A stretch of DNA of 63,950 nucleotides, filler included, from Octopus bimaculoides (taxonomy: Eukaryota): assembly GCF_001194135.2 (NCBI RefSeq). It is 5 parts of 5 records of this genome, joined end to end, with 100 filler letters (N's around TTAATTAATTAA, not from the genome) between each part and the next. Parts side by side here need not be neighbours in the genome. Positions count along the whole stretch, not along the records: positions 8,964 to 24,318 come from NC_069007.1; 4 more parts are not named here. One strand, written 5' to 3'. This document shows positions 11,960 through 24,158 of the stretch, piece by piece. The first letter of the stretch is position 1. Each line of letters begins with the position of its first letter. Made by a program: the position numbers and the translations under genes. The notes under the pieces are model-generated. The model worked only from the letters and a program-made list of their open reading frames with translations. It was not told the origin of the DNA and did not search any database.

Positions 11960-13031
11960 TACGAAAAGAAAATTATGTCTAAAGAATACTATAGACAAGT
12001 TAGATCAATACAGAAAACAGAGCTCAATGCTAAAAACAAGATAATAGGTATTAACACTTTAGCCGTCCCAGTTATAAGTTACAGCTACAATATCCTTAAC
12101 TGGACACTAAATTAACTAACCAAGAATAGACAGAAAAACAAGAAAAATAATGACAGGATATAGGATGCACCACCCAAAATCTGACATAGAAAGGCTATAT
12201 ATACAACATATAGAAGTTGGTAGAGGCCTTATACAGCTGGAAAACTATTATAAAGTAACCACCATAGGACTGCAAAAATACCTACTTCAGAAGCAAGGAA
12301 AACTAATACACAATTAACCACAAAACACGAGCAAAACAAAAACTGTTTTCAGTACTTAAGGAAGCTGACAAATACCAACAAGAAGTCATTCTGCTTAACA
12401 AATATGAAGAAGAAGACGAAGAAACAACAAAATTTATAAAACAAATAAAATCCAAACTAAAACTAGAACAGCAACCGACCTTGATAAAACGATGACAAGA
12501 AAAGCCCCTACATGGTAAATACTGGGCTAAACTAAATGCGAAAGAAATAGACAGAGAAAAATCCCAGAAATGGTTGAGAAGCTCAGGACTCAAAGCAGAG
12601 ACTGAAGGATTTTTAATAGCTGCACAAGACCAAAGACTCCCAGCCAGAAAAAAGCATATAATGAAAAGAAACATAACAAGTAACTGTAGAATATGTGGAG
12701 ATGGACAAGAAACAATAAATCATATTATCTCTGGCTGCCCAGTCCTGGCTAAGAAGGAATATATTCACAGACACGACAGAGCTGGGACCTATATACACTG
12801 GAAGCTATGCCAACACTATGGAATAACACAGAAAAAAGATGGTATAGGCACACCCTAGAAGAAAGGTCACAGAAAACGAGAAAGCAACCATACTCTAGGA
12901 TATGCCAATACACACAGATAGAGAAATTAAGGCAAATAGACCAGATATAGTTGTCAAAGATCATGAAAAAAAAAACTTTTTAATTGATGTATCAATACCA
13001 GCAGATGACAACGTTTCTCTAAAAGAAATGG
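11960..13031 (+). mobile_element. R4/Dong-clade RLE non-LTR retrotransposon, internal fragment (end of RT, CCHC knuckle, start of RLE), with stops and frameshifts
   Basis: EYYRQVRSIQKTELNAKNKIIGINTLAVPVISYS...RMHHPKSDIERLY...GRGLIQLE...WLRSSGLKAETEGFLIAAQDQ...CRICGDGQETINHIISGC...YIHRHD...IHWKLC...DMPIHTDREIKANRPDIVVKD...IDVSIPADDNVSLKEM are diagnostic R4 motifs. Confidence 0.92.
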
Positions 13032-13498
13032 ACCAGGTGAATTTTAAATGCTCAGTTAGTATACAATACTAGAGTCGTGTGAAGTTCCGCTAGGTGTGTT
13101 AGAAATGGCAACTAAATCATTCTCAAATCGCATACTATCGTCTAAAAAATAATTAAGGATATATATATAATGATGTATATTAAACCATATTTTATTTCCA
13201 AGAAATTTAATTCTTTAACAAAGTGACTTTTATAGTTGCGTTGTAAAAAGAATGTTTTTATAGCTTTCTTATTTTACGACGTCTGAAAGAAAGAAAAAAT
13301 GGCGACTTGATTATATAAACAAGCGGTCATTTATTATTGAATAAAACAAATCCACAGAAAAACTTGAAAGCATTACTGTTTATCACTGTATCTTAGTAAT
13401 TGTACAATATTATCTTTGTTGTAGTTGTTGTTGCTGTTATTGTTGTTGTTGTTGTTGTTGTTCTTTTTATTCTTATTATTATTATCATCATCATCATC

Positions 13499-13561
<63 letters not shown>

Positions 13562-13589
13562 ATTTCATTATTATTATTATTATTATTAT

Positions 13590-13740
13590 TTTATGTTTGA
13601 CTTTTGCTTTACATTTGTACAAGTTGGATCCAAGTTTCACCCAGAGACCTCAAGAGACAAGTTAGAAGTTCATGTTGGTGTTATGCCAAGGGTGCCATAT
13701 ATTTGGCTTTGTACATAGTTATTTGGTTTTGTACATCGTT
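13590..13740 (-). mobile_element. Probable 5'-truncated 3' end (UTR plus AAT tail) of an R4/Dong element, inserted in an (ATT)n array
   Basis: About 150 bp of unique sequence (minus: ...gtctcttgaggtctctgggtgaaacttggatccaacttgtacaaatgtaaagcaaaagtcaaacataaaat-aataat) flanked on both sides by (ATT)n. Assignment to the R4 3' UTR rests on my recollection of such elements and was not verified. Confidence 0.55.
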
Positions 13741-13741
13741 A

Positions 13742-13778
<37 letters not shown>

Positions 13779-15502
13779 CATNNNNNNNNNNNNNNNNNNN
13801 NNNNNNNNNNNNNNNNNNNNNNNNNNNNNNNNNNNNNNNNNNNNNNNNNNNNNNNNNNNNNNNNNNNNNNNNNNNNNNNNNNNNNNNNNNNNNNNNNNNN
13901 NNNNNNNNNNNNNNNNNNNNNNNNNNNNNNAGAAACGCAGTTATAAAAAAACATATATCATAATCAATAGCTTTCTATTTACATATTTGATACGTCAATA
14001 TTTTATTTGTAAAGACATCAAGCGATTAAGTTGATCAATATATTTCATATGCAATGCTATCTCTCTACATAAAAATATACTGCTTCCCCAAGAGATTTCA
14101 CAAAAGCTAAATAAAAGCCTCGAGGTTAATAAACAGACTTTATTAAAAGAAATATTGAAAGGCGGTGAGCTGGCAGAAACGTTAGCACGCCGGGCGAAAT
14201 GCTTAGCGGTATTTCGTCTGGGATTTGGACGCAAAACGTTTTTGATGTGGATACCGTATGATTTTACCAACTATTAGCAATCACGTCTATTCTTTTCATT
14301 TTGATTGTCACTAGTTTATGGCCTGACCGGAGCACTATTTTCAAGGGCCTTTAGATGGTCATGGCGATAATAGCAATGCGTTTTCACATGGTGTCAGACG
14401 TATAGACAAGCATACAGGCAGACACAAACGTACACAAAAACCCGCACGCATATATACATATATACATGTATGCACACTTACACATGTATCTGTACGTCCA
14501 TATACATGCATTATATATACATACATACATATATATATATAACTATATACATATTGATATTTACATTTACCCGAAGTTACACGTAGAAAATAATATACTA
14601 CGTTTTAGAAGAGTTCATATTCATTAAAATGTTAAATAATGACTTTGAAGTTTGTCTAAGTCCCCTTCACGCTGCTGAAGGCGTTCAAGCCAAAACTTCG
14701 AAGTTTCATTACAAAAGTTTACACCCCTACCCACCCACACACACACACTCACGCACATACGCACGCACGCACACACAATATATANNNNNNNNNNNNNNNN
14801 NNNNNNNNNNNNNNNNNNNNNNNNNNNNNNNNNNNNNNNNNNNNNNNNNNNNNNNNNNNNNNNNNNNNNNNNNNNNNNNNNNNNNNNNNNNNNNNNNNNN
14901 NNNNNNNNNNNNNNNNNNNNNNNNNNNNNNNNNNNNNNNNNNNNNNNNNNNNNNNNNNNNNNNNNNNNNNNNNNNNNNNNNNNNNNNNNNNNNNNNNNNN
15001 NNNNNNNNNNNNNNNNNNNNNNNNNNNNNNNNNNNNNNNNNNNNNNNNNNNNNNNNNNNNNNNNNNNNNNNNNNNNNNNNNNNNNNNNNNNNNNNNNNNN
15101 NNNNNNNNNNNNNNNNNNNNNNNNNNNNNNNNNNNNNNNNNNNNNNNNNNNNNNNNNNNNNNNNNNNNNNNNNNNNNNNNNNNNNNNNNNNNNNNNNNNN
15201 NNNNNNNNNNNNNNNNNNNNNNNNNNNNNNNNNNNNNNNNNNTAGAGATACAACTAAATAACGTTATGTTACGTATAAAAATTCTGGTTTAAAGAATAAA
15301 ACGAAAACCAATACATGAAAGAAATGCAATTATCAAATTGATAATAGTGTTTTTGCTGCATTTCGTTATTTTCTCGAAAAATAATAAAAGAAAAGATATA
15401 AAACACAATTAAACAAATTTTGGAAATGTCATTTTTTTTAATTAACATGTTCAAATAATTCTATCTGCGAAAAACATTTCACATAAACGTTTATCTTTTA
15501 AA

Positions 15503-15942
15503 TTTTGTTTCAGTCATAAGACTACGGCCATGCTGGAACACCACCTTGAAGAATTTTAAGACGATTGAATCGATCCCAGCGCTTATTTTTTGGTTTTTAA
15601 GGCCAAGTACTCATTCTATCGGTCATTTTTGCCGAACGGCTATGTTATGGGGATGTAACTCCCACTCTTGATACTAGTTGTCAAGCAGTGGTGGGGGACA
15701 GACAGACATAAATATACACACAGGTACACACACAAGCACACACACTCATACGCACAAACAGACACATTTATATATTTAAACAGGACAGGCTTCTTTCAGT
15801 TTCCGTCAACGAGATCCATTCATAGGGTTTTGGCTTGCCCCGAGGCAAGAGTAGAAAACTCTTGCCCAAGGTGCCACGCATTGGGACTGAACCCGAAACC
15901 TCGTGGTTTCGAAGCAAGCTTCTTACCACGCACCCGGGCCTA
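15503..15942 (-). mobile_element. Full-length diverged SINE family A copy with internal (CA)-rich tract
   Basis: Both halves of the 28571 element appear in reverse orientation (ttgtttcagtc...ggccatgctggaacacc ... cttctttcagtttccgtc...tgcccaaggtgccacgc...aagcaagcttcttaccac). Confidence 0.8.
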
Positions 15943-16105
15943 ATATGAAATCTAATCCAGTACTCAACAGGCGCTTATTCCATCGTCCCCGAAAGGATAA
16001 AAGACAAAGTCAGCCTCTGCGGAATTTGAACTCAGAACGTAGCGACGGGTGAAATACCACCAAGCATTTCGCCCGGTGCGCTAACGATTCTGCCATCTCG
16101 CAGCT

Positions 16106-16184
<79 letters not shown>

Positions 16185-17197
16185 NNNNNNNNNNNNNNNN
16201 NNNNNNNNNNNNNNNNNNNNNNNNNNNNNNNNNNNNNNNNNNNNNNNNNNNNNNNNNNNNNNNNNNNNNNNNNNNNNNNNNNNNNNNNNNNNNNNNNNNN
16301 NNNNNNNNNNNNNNNNNNNNNNNNNNNNNNNNNNNNNNNNNNNNNNNNNNNNNNNNNNNNNNNNNNNNNNNNNNNNNNNNNNNNNNNNNNNNNNNNNNNN
16401 NNNNNNNNNNNNNNNNNNNNNNNNNNNNNNNNNNNNNNNNNNNNNNNNNNNNNNNNNNNNNNNNNNNNNNNNNNNNNNNNNNNNNNNNNNNNNNNNNNNN
16501 NNNNNNNNNNNNNNNNNNNNNNNNNNNNNNNNNNNNNNNNNNNNNNNNNNNNNNNNNNNNNNNNNNNNNNNNNNNNNNNNNNNNNNNNNNNNNNNNNNNN
16601 NNNNNNNNNNNNNNNNNNNNNNNNNNNNNNNNNNNNNNNNNNNNNNNNNNNNNNNNNNNNNNNNNNNNNNNNNNNNNNNNNNNNNNNNNNNNNNNNNNNN
16701 NNNNNNNNNNNNNNNNNNNNNNNNNNNNNNNNNNNNNNNNNNNNNNNNNNNNNNNNNNNNNNNNNNNNNNNNNNNNNNNNNNNNNNNNNNNNNNNNNNNN
16801 NNNNNNNNNNNNNNNNNNNNNNNNNNNNNNNNNNNNNNNNNNNNNNNNNNNNNNNNNNNNNNNNNNNNNNNNNNNNNNNNNNNNNNNNNNNNNNNNNNNN
16901 NNNNNNNNNNNNNNNNNGGGTATTTGTATTTATCTGCTAAGCTTTCTGAGGCGAACTCTCGAAAAAGGTGTGTATGTATGTATGTATGTATGTATGTATG
17001 TATGTATGTCATTATTCAGTTTATTTCAATATTTCTTCCCAATAGAGAAAGAACTGGTTTCTAACCTAGATCCAAGGCTCCGTCATTGGAATTTCAACAT
17101 CAACAGGGTATTTTTGTTTGTTTGTATATCATCATTCAGTACATGTATGCATGTATGTATGTATGTATGTATGTATGTATGTATGTATGTATGTATG

Positions 17198-17231
<34 letters not shown>

Positions 17232-17236
17232 TGTAC

Positions 17237-17432
17237 CAGGGGCGTACTACCTGGGTAGGCAAGGTAGGCAGTGCCTACCTTGAATAAAATAGATCGATTG
17301 TAACAGTTTCCTTTTATGGCAAAATATGCACCTAATTCAATAAAATTATGGAAGTCACTCTGATTACTCTGCATAAAATACAAAATATTTTATTTTGGAG
17401 TGGAGATTAGGTAGGCATAAATCGCCTACCCT
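17237..17432 (+). mobile_element. Non-autonomous DNA-element (MITE-like) fragment with two GTAGGC hairpins
   Basis: Begins CAGGGGCGTA directly after a (TATG)n tract. It carries the perfect palindrome caaggtaggca-g-tgcctaccttg (17260-17282) and ggtaggc-ataaatc-gcctacc (17410-17430). No matching right terminus was seen. Confidence 0.45.
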
Positions 17433-17494
17433 TATATATATATCGTGAAAGCCCAGTCGGGGGCTTAACTGTCCGAGTTCTTTTACAGGGCTTA

Positions 17495-17579
17495 GAAGTA
17501 CTGAATGACCACTGCAATGAGTATGTGAATCTGTCTTTTCTTTTACCCAAAACAGGGAACTTTTCAGCAGCCCCTTATA
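17495..17579 (+). mobile_element. Mariner-like 3' terminal fragment (TIR plus TA)
   Basis: cttttacccaaaacagggaacttttcagcagccccttata; the reverse complement resembles the mariner TIR TACGAGGGG.TGCTGAAAAGTTCC and ends at a TA. Confidence 0.5.
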
Positions 17580-18556
17580 TACACAAATGTTATTTCATTA
17601 TTTTTACGCATCCATTCACACAAGCGAGCGCTTCAATCGAACTGATTACGATTTATGTTCAAACGCCGCTAATAGATCGTTGGTGCTTCAGCTGTCACTT
17701 AGAAATTGTTCTCTTTTATAGGTTGATATCGTGAGCAGCAATGAAAGAAAAAAAATGAAGAGGAACAAAATGGGAATGAAAAAGAAGGAAAGGGAAGGAG
17801 TTAATCCTTTCTAGAAATCGATTTTCGTGTAAAGATTCTCAGGAGAAAATGTAAGTGTTCCTGTGTTTGGAAAGAATTAAGCATTATATTCTGTTATTTA
17901 TGAGAGAGATGACGTGCAGGGCGGCAGGCTGACGTAATTAGCGCGTCGAACAAAATGCTTAGCGGCATTTCTTCCTACTCTTTTTATTCAAATATCACCA
18001 AGGTTGACTTCGCTTTTCATCCTTTCGAGATCGATGTAGTCCGCTTAATTCGCTCCTCAAAAATGTTAGCCTTGTACTAAAATTAGAAAGAATTTTGATA
18101 ATGAGAGAGATAGTAGATAGTANNNNNNNNNNNNNNNNNNNNNNNNNNNNNNNNNNNNNNNNNNNNNNNNNNNNNNNNNNNNNNNNNNNNNNNNNNNNNN
18201 NNNNNNNNNNNNNNNNNNNNNNNNNNNNNNNNNNNNNNNNNNNNNNNNNNNNNNNNNNNNNNNNNNNNNNNNNNNNNNNNNNNNNNTATATATATATATA
18301 TTCAAAATAAGCAACAAGGATATCCAGTGGTAATGCAGTACGATCGTTTCATGTGATTCCTTTTAATTGAACAATGTAAGCGTTACATCAAATATAAAAT
18401 GTAGAGCAATCTTCAGCTGCACAAAGATATAGAAAGATATATTTTACTAATTTATATATACTATGAATCATTTGATATTTAATATATTATATAAATTATA
18501 TACAATACTATAATAATATTATAATAAATTCATAGCGTTCCTCAATTCACCGCCTT

Positions 18557-19611
18557 TATTTCAATTAATTTTGAAAAAAGAAAGAATTTAATGAAGTAAT
18601 TTTGTCATTATTAAGCAGGTATTTATAACATAAATTAATTTAAAACTTTGGTGGAAGGTTTTATATTCCTTTAACACATTTATTAGCATATTTCTATTGA
18701 GATACACTGCCATTGTTTCAATTAATATAGAAAATTATGAAGAATTTAATAAAAATAATTTCTCATTATCAAGCATGTGTTTGGAACGTAAACTGACGTG
18801 TAATTTTAATGGAAAATTTTAATTTGGACCACTTCAAGATAGTAAGTCTGTATCATAAAAGTAGCGATGGTTTCAGTTAGGGGTAGGTGTCAAAAGGGTT
18901 AAATCGAATGAAAGATCTCGAAGCTTGATAATAATATGACAAGGATATTTTTGTTGTAAAACAGGGACTTTCTTTCAATTAGTTTTCAAAATAATCAAGA
19001 ATGAATAAAATCACATAGGCATTGTAATCTGGAATTTGGAAAAGAAATTAACATGAAAGTTTGATGGGAGATTTTAATTCAAATCATTTAAACACATTTG
19101 TGGCTATATTTCAGTTGCAATAAATTCTCTTTTGCTTCAAATAATTTTAGAGATAATAAAGAATTTTGTAAAATAAATTTATCACTATTAATCTGGCGTT
19201 TGGGAGATAAATTAACATAAAGGTCTTAATTTAAAAACACTTTAACACTTTTCTACCAATTTTTCTGCTGAAAACTCTGCCTTTGTCTTAATAAATTTTG
19301 AAAACTAATAAAGTATTTAGTACAAGAATTCTCCGCATTAAACTGGTATTTAGAGCATGAAGTAGCATGAAATTTAGATAGAAGGTTTTAATTTAAATCA
19401 CTTTAAACCCATTATTATTTGCTTTATTTTTATTGAAAGACACTGTATCTATTTATAGTTGAATTTGGAAATTACGAAGGATATGGTAAAATAGATTATA
19501 TTTATTAAGCTGGAGTTTGGGGGCAGCTTATAATTTAGACCACTTTGAAACGATCAGTTTATTTCAGAAAACCAGACAGTTTCATTCAAGTACATTAGTA
19601 TCAAATTAGTT
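18557..19611 (+). repeat. Array of ~6 diverged 120-190 bp units, probably the internal repeats of TTAA-ended (piggyBac-like) MITEs
   Basis: The unit ttcaattaattttgaaaataatgaagaattt...tcattattaagctggt.tttgga..ataaatta.catgaa.ttt.atggaaggttttaattta.atcactttaaa starts near 18557, 18714, 18972, 19135, 19288 and 19455. Terminus-like caaaagggTTAA at ~18891-18902 and atcaaattagTTAA near 19611. Confidence 0.65.
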
Positions 19612-20052
19612 AAGCTATAATCCTTTTTACTAGAGGCACAAGGCCTGAAATCTTGGGGGATGGGGTCAGTCGACTAGATAGGCCCCAGTACGCAACTGGT
19701 ACTTAATTTATCGACCTCGAAAGGCAAATTCGACCTCAGTGGAATTTGAACTCAGAACGTAACGCCAGACGAAATACCGCTAAGCATTTCGCCCAGCGTA
19801 CTAACGTTTCTGCCAGTTCGCCGCCATATTAGTTAAGATATAATAATATCACTCACAGTAAAGAAAAAAAATTAAGATATATTTGAGTGGAGAAGAGACA
19901 CTGTGTATGTATGTATGTATGTATGTATGTATGTATGTATGTATGTATGTATGTATGTATGTATGGGTGTGTATGTATTACCGTGTAGCTGTATGTATGT
20001 ATATATGTATGTATGTATGAATGTATATATGTATGTATATGTGCATATTTGT

Positions 20053-20276
20053 ATGTTTTGTTTTATGTATGTATGTCTTCTGATGCATATAATTGCGTAT
20101 TTAGACATGCACATATATACTTATGTAACTATGTATGTATGTATGCATAAATGTATGTGTGTGTGTGTTTGTATGTATGCATGATTGCCTAGATTAAGTA
20201 CGAGTACCCATGGATGTCTCTACAAGCACGAACATGTCTTCAAGATAGAATACTCATGAATAATGTTGATTCTCAT
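20053..20276 (+). repeat. Left arm of a long inverted repeat (partner 21996-22209)
   Basis: ...gcatgattgcctagattaagtacgagtacccatggatgtctctacaagcacgaacatgtcttcaagatagaatactcatgaataatgttgattctcat is the near-exact reverse complement of the sequence from 21996 onward. Confidence 0.92.
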
Positions 20277-20291
20277 AGAGGAAGTGAAGAT

Positions 20292-20330
<39 letters not shown>

Positions 20331-21386
20331 ATAAACAGAAAGAAAGACTTATTTAGTATGAGAAAGAGAGAGACAGAGATGTAAAAGCGACGCAAGAGAA
20401 CAAGGTGGAGGTTGAGGAGAGGAGAGTAAATATGGCGTACAATAAAAAGACTGTAAAGAGAGATTAAGTTAAAGTGATAGAGAAGGCAGGACTGCGAGAA
20501 AGAGAGAGAGATTGAGAAAAAGAGAGAGAGAGATTGAGAGAAAGAGAGAGAGATTGAGAGAAAGAGAGAGAGAGATTGAGAGAAAGAGAGAGAGAGAGAG
20601 AGATTGAGAGAAAGAGAGAGAGAGATTGAGAGAAAGAGAGANNNNNNNNNNNNNNNNNNNNNNNNNNNNNNNNNNNNNNNNNNNNNNNNNNNNNNNNNNN
20701 NNNNNNNNNNNNNNNNNNNNNNNNNNNNNNNNNNNNNNNNNNNNNNNNNNNNNNNNNNNNNNNNNNNNNNNNNNNNNNNNNNNNNNNNNNNNNNNNNNNN
20801 NNNNNNNNNNNNNNNNNNNNNNNNNNNNNNNNNNNNNNNNNNNNNNNNNNNNNNNNNNNNNNNNNNNNNNNNNNNNNNNNNNNNNNNNNNNNNNNNNNNN
20901 NNNNNNNNNNNNNNNNNNNNNNNNNNNNNNNNNNNNNNNNNNNNNNNNNNNNNNNNNNNNNNNNNNNNNNNNNNNNNNNNNNNNNNNNNNNNNNNNNNNN
21001 NNNNNNNNNNNNNNNNNNNNNNNNNNNNNNNNNNNNNNNNNNNNNNNNNNNNNNNNNNNNNNNNNNNNNNNNNNNNNNNNNNNNNNNNNNNNNNNNNNNN
21101 NNNNNNNNNNNNNNNNNNNNNNNNNNNNNNNNNNNNNNNNNNNNNNNNNNNNNNNNNNNNNNNNNNNNNNNNNNNNNNNNNNNNNNNNNNNNNNNNNNNN
21201 NNNNNNNNNNNNNNNNNNNNNNNNNNNNNNNNNNNNNNNNNNNNNNNNNNNNNNNNNNNNNNNNNNNNNNNNNNNNNTTGTACTTGGGGATGGTCATATT
21301 GCCAGTTTAGCCAATAAAAGCACACGCACTGTATATTTGGTGTTAATTTGCTTCAGCTTTATATTACGTTAATCTTAATCTTATTT

Positions 21387-21433
21387 CGGCCAGAGTTCTT
21401 TTGTCACACTTCTGTGACCTCATCAGTGGTCCT
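21387..21433 (-). ncRNA. Decayed minimal hammerhead-like motif
   Basis: Minus strand: aggacca-CTGATGA-g-GTCAC-agaagt-GTGAC-AAAA-g-aa-c-T-C-tggccg. Stem II is perfect (5 bp), GAAA reads AAAA (consistent with CpG decay of gacGaaa), and stem I is partial. Confidence 0.35.
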
Positions 21434-21995
21434 TTGTTTTCTTCTTTCTTATGTGTGTCTCACCTTGCTAACTATCAGCCATTTTGTATATATATATATA
21501 TATATTATTCATTTACTTGTGTCAGTTCTTTGACTGCGGCCATGCTGAAGCACTGCTTTCAGTCGAAACAATCGACTCCACGACTTATTATTTGTAAGCC
21601 TAATACTTATTCTAACGTTTTTTTGTTTTTTGTTTTTTGCAGAATGACATTTGATCTTTGTTAAGAACTTGTACCGAATTGATTGTCATTTCCAACCATA
21701 GGAATTCCAAGAAATTCAAGAATGCTTACTTTCGAAAAAGTTACTACTTAAGACCTCAGTGTTTTTGCATACATACACAAATACTTGTACAATCACACTC
21801 ACCTACGTACACATAGACACGCGCTTGAGTGCATTATCAAGGTAGAATTTGCCACCAAAAATAACAGTCAACCATCCAACAAGCCGCATCAGGGTGGAAG
21901 GATTTCATTGAAAATATACCCAAGTTAGAATCAGCCAACAAAATTTCCTCTAATTCAGAGACTAAAACATTTGAAAACAAGGAAGATTATCAAAA

Positions 21996-22209
21996 ATGAG
22001 AATCAACATTATTCATAAGTATTCTATCTTGAAGACATGTTCGTGCTTGTAGAGACATCCATGGGTACTCGTACTTAATCTAGGCAATCATGCATACATA
22101 CAAACACACACGCACACATACATTTATGCATACATACATAGTTACATAAGTATATATGTGCATGTCTAAACACGCAATTATATGCATCAACATACATACA
22201 TATAAACAT
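21996..22209 (-). repeat. Right arm of the long inverted repeat (partner 20053-20276)
   Basis: atgagaatcaacattattcataagtattctatcttgaagacatgttcgtgcttgtagagacatccatgggtactcgtacttaatctaggcaatcatgc... differs from the left arm by only a few substitutions and small indels, mostly in the simple-repeat part. Confidence 0.92.
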
Positions 22210-24127
22210 GGCGTCGAACACAGACACGTTGGCATGGAGAATTATCCATTTCCCCGGATAATAAATGCTATTCCCTATAATTTTTGCCATTAATGCAAGC
22301 CTGGTAAAGAAATGGTTATCTTCTCTGAGCAAACGCAAAGAAACAACCTTTTTGGAAAAAAATCGTTGCAGTAACCAAACGGTGAAATACAAACCGCGTG
22401 GAAAGATAACACTGCATACACCATGTCGACAAAAGAACCTGAAGTTAGCCATCGAAGGTGGCGGAGCTATCGGGAAAAATTCCATACATACAGGAGAAAG
22501 AAGGCATCTCTTGACCATTGGTAAGGTTTTTGCTAATCCATTTCCTAATATACACTTTCAGCTTCACACCTGTTATTAGGAAACAAAATTTAAAATGGCT
22601 GAACTTGATTTCTTGGAGATAAAATGTAAAACTGCGATTCATACACTAAAAAATAATCGCTATGTCCTAGAAGGATCGAAAATGAAGCAGACTTTATATA
22701 AATAGAGTCCAGAAATGTGAACTTTGTACAGCAGAAAACCAAAAGAAAATTCTAAATTTCTGCTACTTAAACATCAGAGATGATTTCTTATATAGGTGAA
22801 TATATATTAAGAAATTCTGCTCAGTCACTGAAAACTTTTTACGGTCATCAGGTTAGTTTATAGTTTAGTGAATACGCAATAAATTCTGCATAAACGAAAC
22901 ATACAGACTTCGAATATCGGTAGGTTTCTTATAATTTCGATATTGAAAGTGACATTCAGGTAGATCAAATTTAGGTATATCAATAACATAATGTCGCATC
23001 AATCTATTTCGGTACATACATTTCTATCCATTTAATCGCACAGCAAGAAACATAACTGTTTATATATATATATATNNNNNNNNNNNNNNNNNNNNNNNNN
23101 NNNNNNNNNNNNNNNNNNNNNNNNNNNNNNNNNNNNNNNNNNNNNNNNNNNNNNNNNNNNNNNNNNNNNNNNNNNNNNNNNNNNNNNNNNNNNNNNNNNN
23201 NNNNNNNNNNNNNNNNNNNNNNNNNNNNNNNNNNNNNNNNNNNNNNNNNNNNNNNNNNNNNNNNNNNNNNNNNNNNNNNNNNNNNNNNNNNNNNNNNNNN
23301 NNNNNNNNNNNNNNNNNNNNNNNNNNNNNNNNNNNNNNNNNNNNNNNNNNNNNNNNNNNNNNNNNNNNNNNNNNNNNNNNNNNNNNNNNNNNNNNNNNNN
23401 NNNNNNNNNNNNNNNNNNNNNNNNNNNNNNNNNNNNNNNNNNNNNNNNNNNNNNNNNNNNNNNNNNNNNNNNNNNNNNNNNNNNNNNNNNNNNNNNNNNN
23501 NNNNNNNNNNNNNNNNNNNNNNNNNNNNNNNNNNNNNNNNNNNNNNNNNNNNNNNNNNNNNNNNNNNNNNNNNNNNNNNNNNNNNNNNNNNNNNNNNNNN
23601 NNNNNNNNNNNNNNNNNNNNNNNNNNNNNNNNNNNNNNNNNNNNNNNNNNNNNNNNNNNNNNNNNNNNNNNNNNNNNNNNNNNNNNNNNNNNNNNNNNNN
23701 NNNNNNNACACACACACACACACACAAATACAGACGCATATATATGGATGCATATTGTGAGGTGAAATTTTCCGCTAAGTGTTTCTTCGATACTCGTTTT
23801 GAAGTCTTTCTCTTTGTCGTTAAATGAAAAAAAAACAACAAAAAAAACACAAAAATAACAAAAATAAAAACAGCAAAAAATACGTCGAAATCGGTGAAAT
23901 GCTTGGTAAGAGAAATCTTCACATCTTAAGTAGGGAGAAAGAAAAAGAAGAAGCAAAACTATGTATTCAGTATATCTCTTTCTTTATCGTACCGTTCATC
24001 GCCATCTTCATCACCAAATTCATCATAATCAACATCATCATCAGCATGACCATCATAATCATCATCATCGTCATCACCATCATCATCACCATTATCATCA
24101 TCATCATAATCATCATCGTCATTAGCA

Positions 24128-24158
<31 letters not shown>

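Noticed and set aside
18557-20641. CRISPR-like or regularly spaced repeat array
   Set aside because: The context is eukaryotic, units are long and degenerate or AG minisatellites, and there is no constant repeat with unique spacers and no cas genes.
22265-22579. 104-aa ORF with LAIEGGGAIG
   Set aside because: Faint resemblance to an RLE C-terminus, but no PD or zinc-knuckle motif; cannot be assigned.
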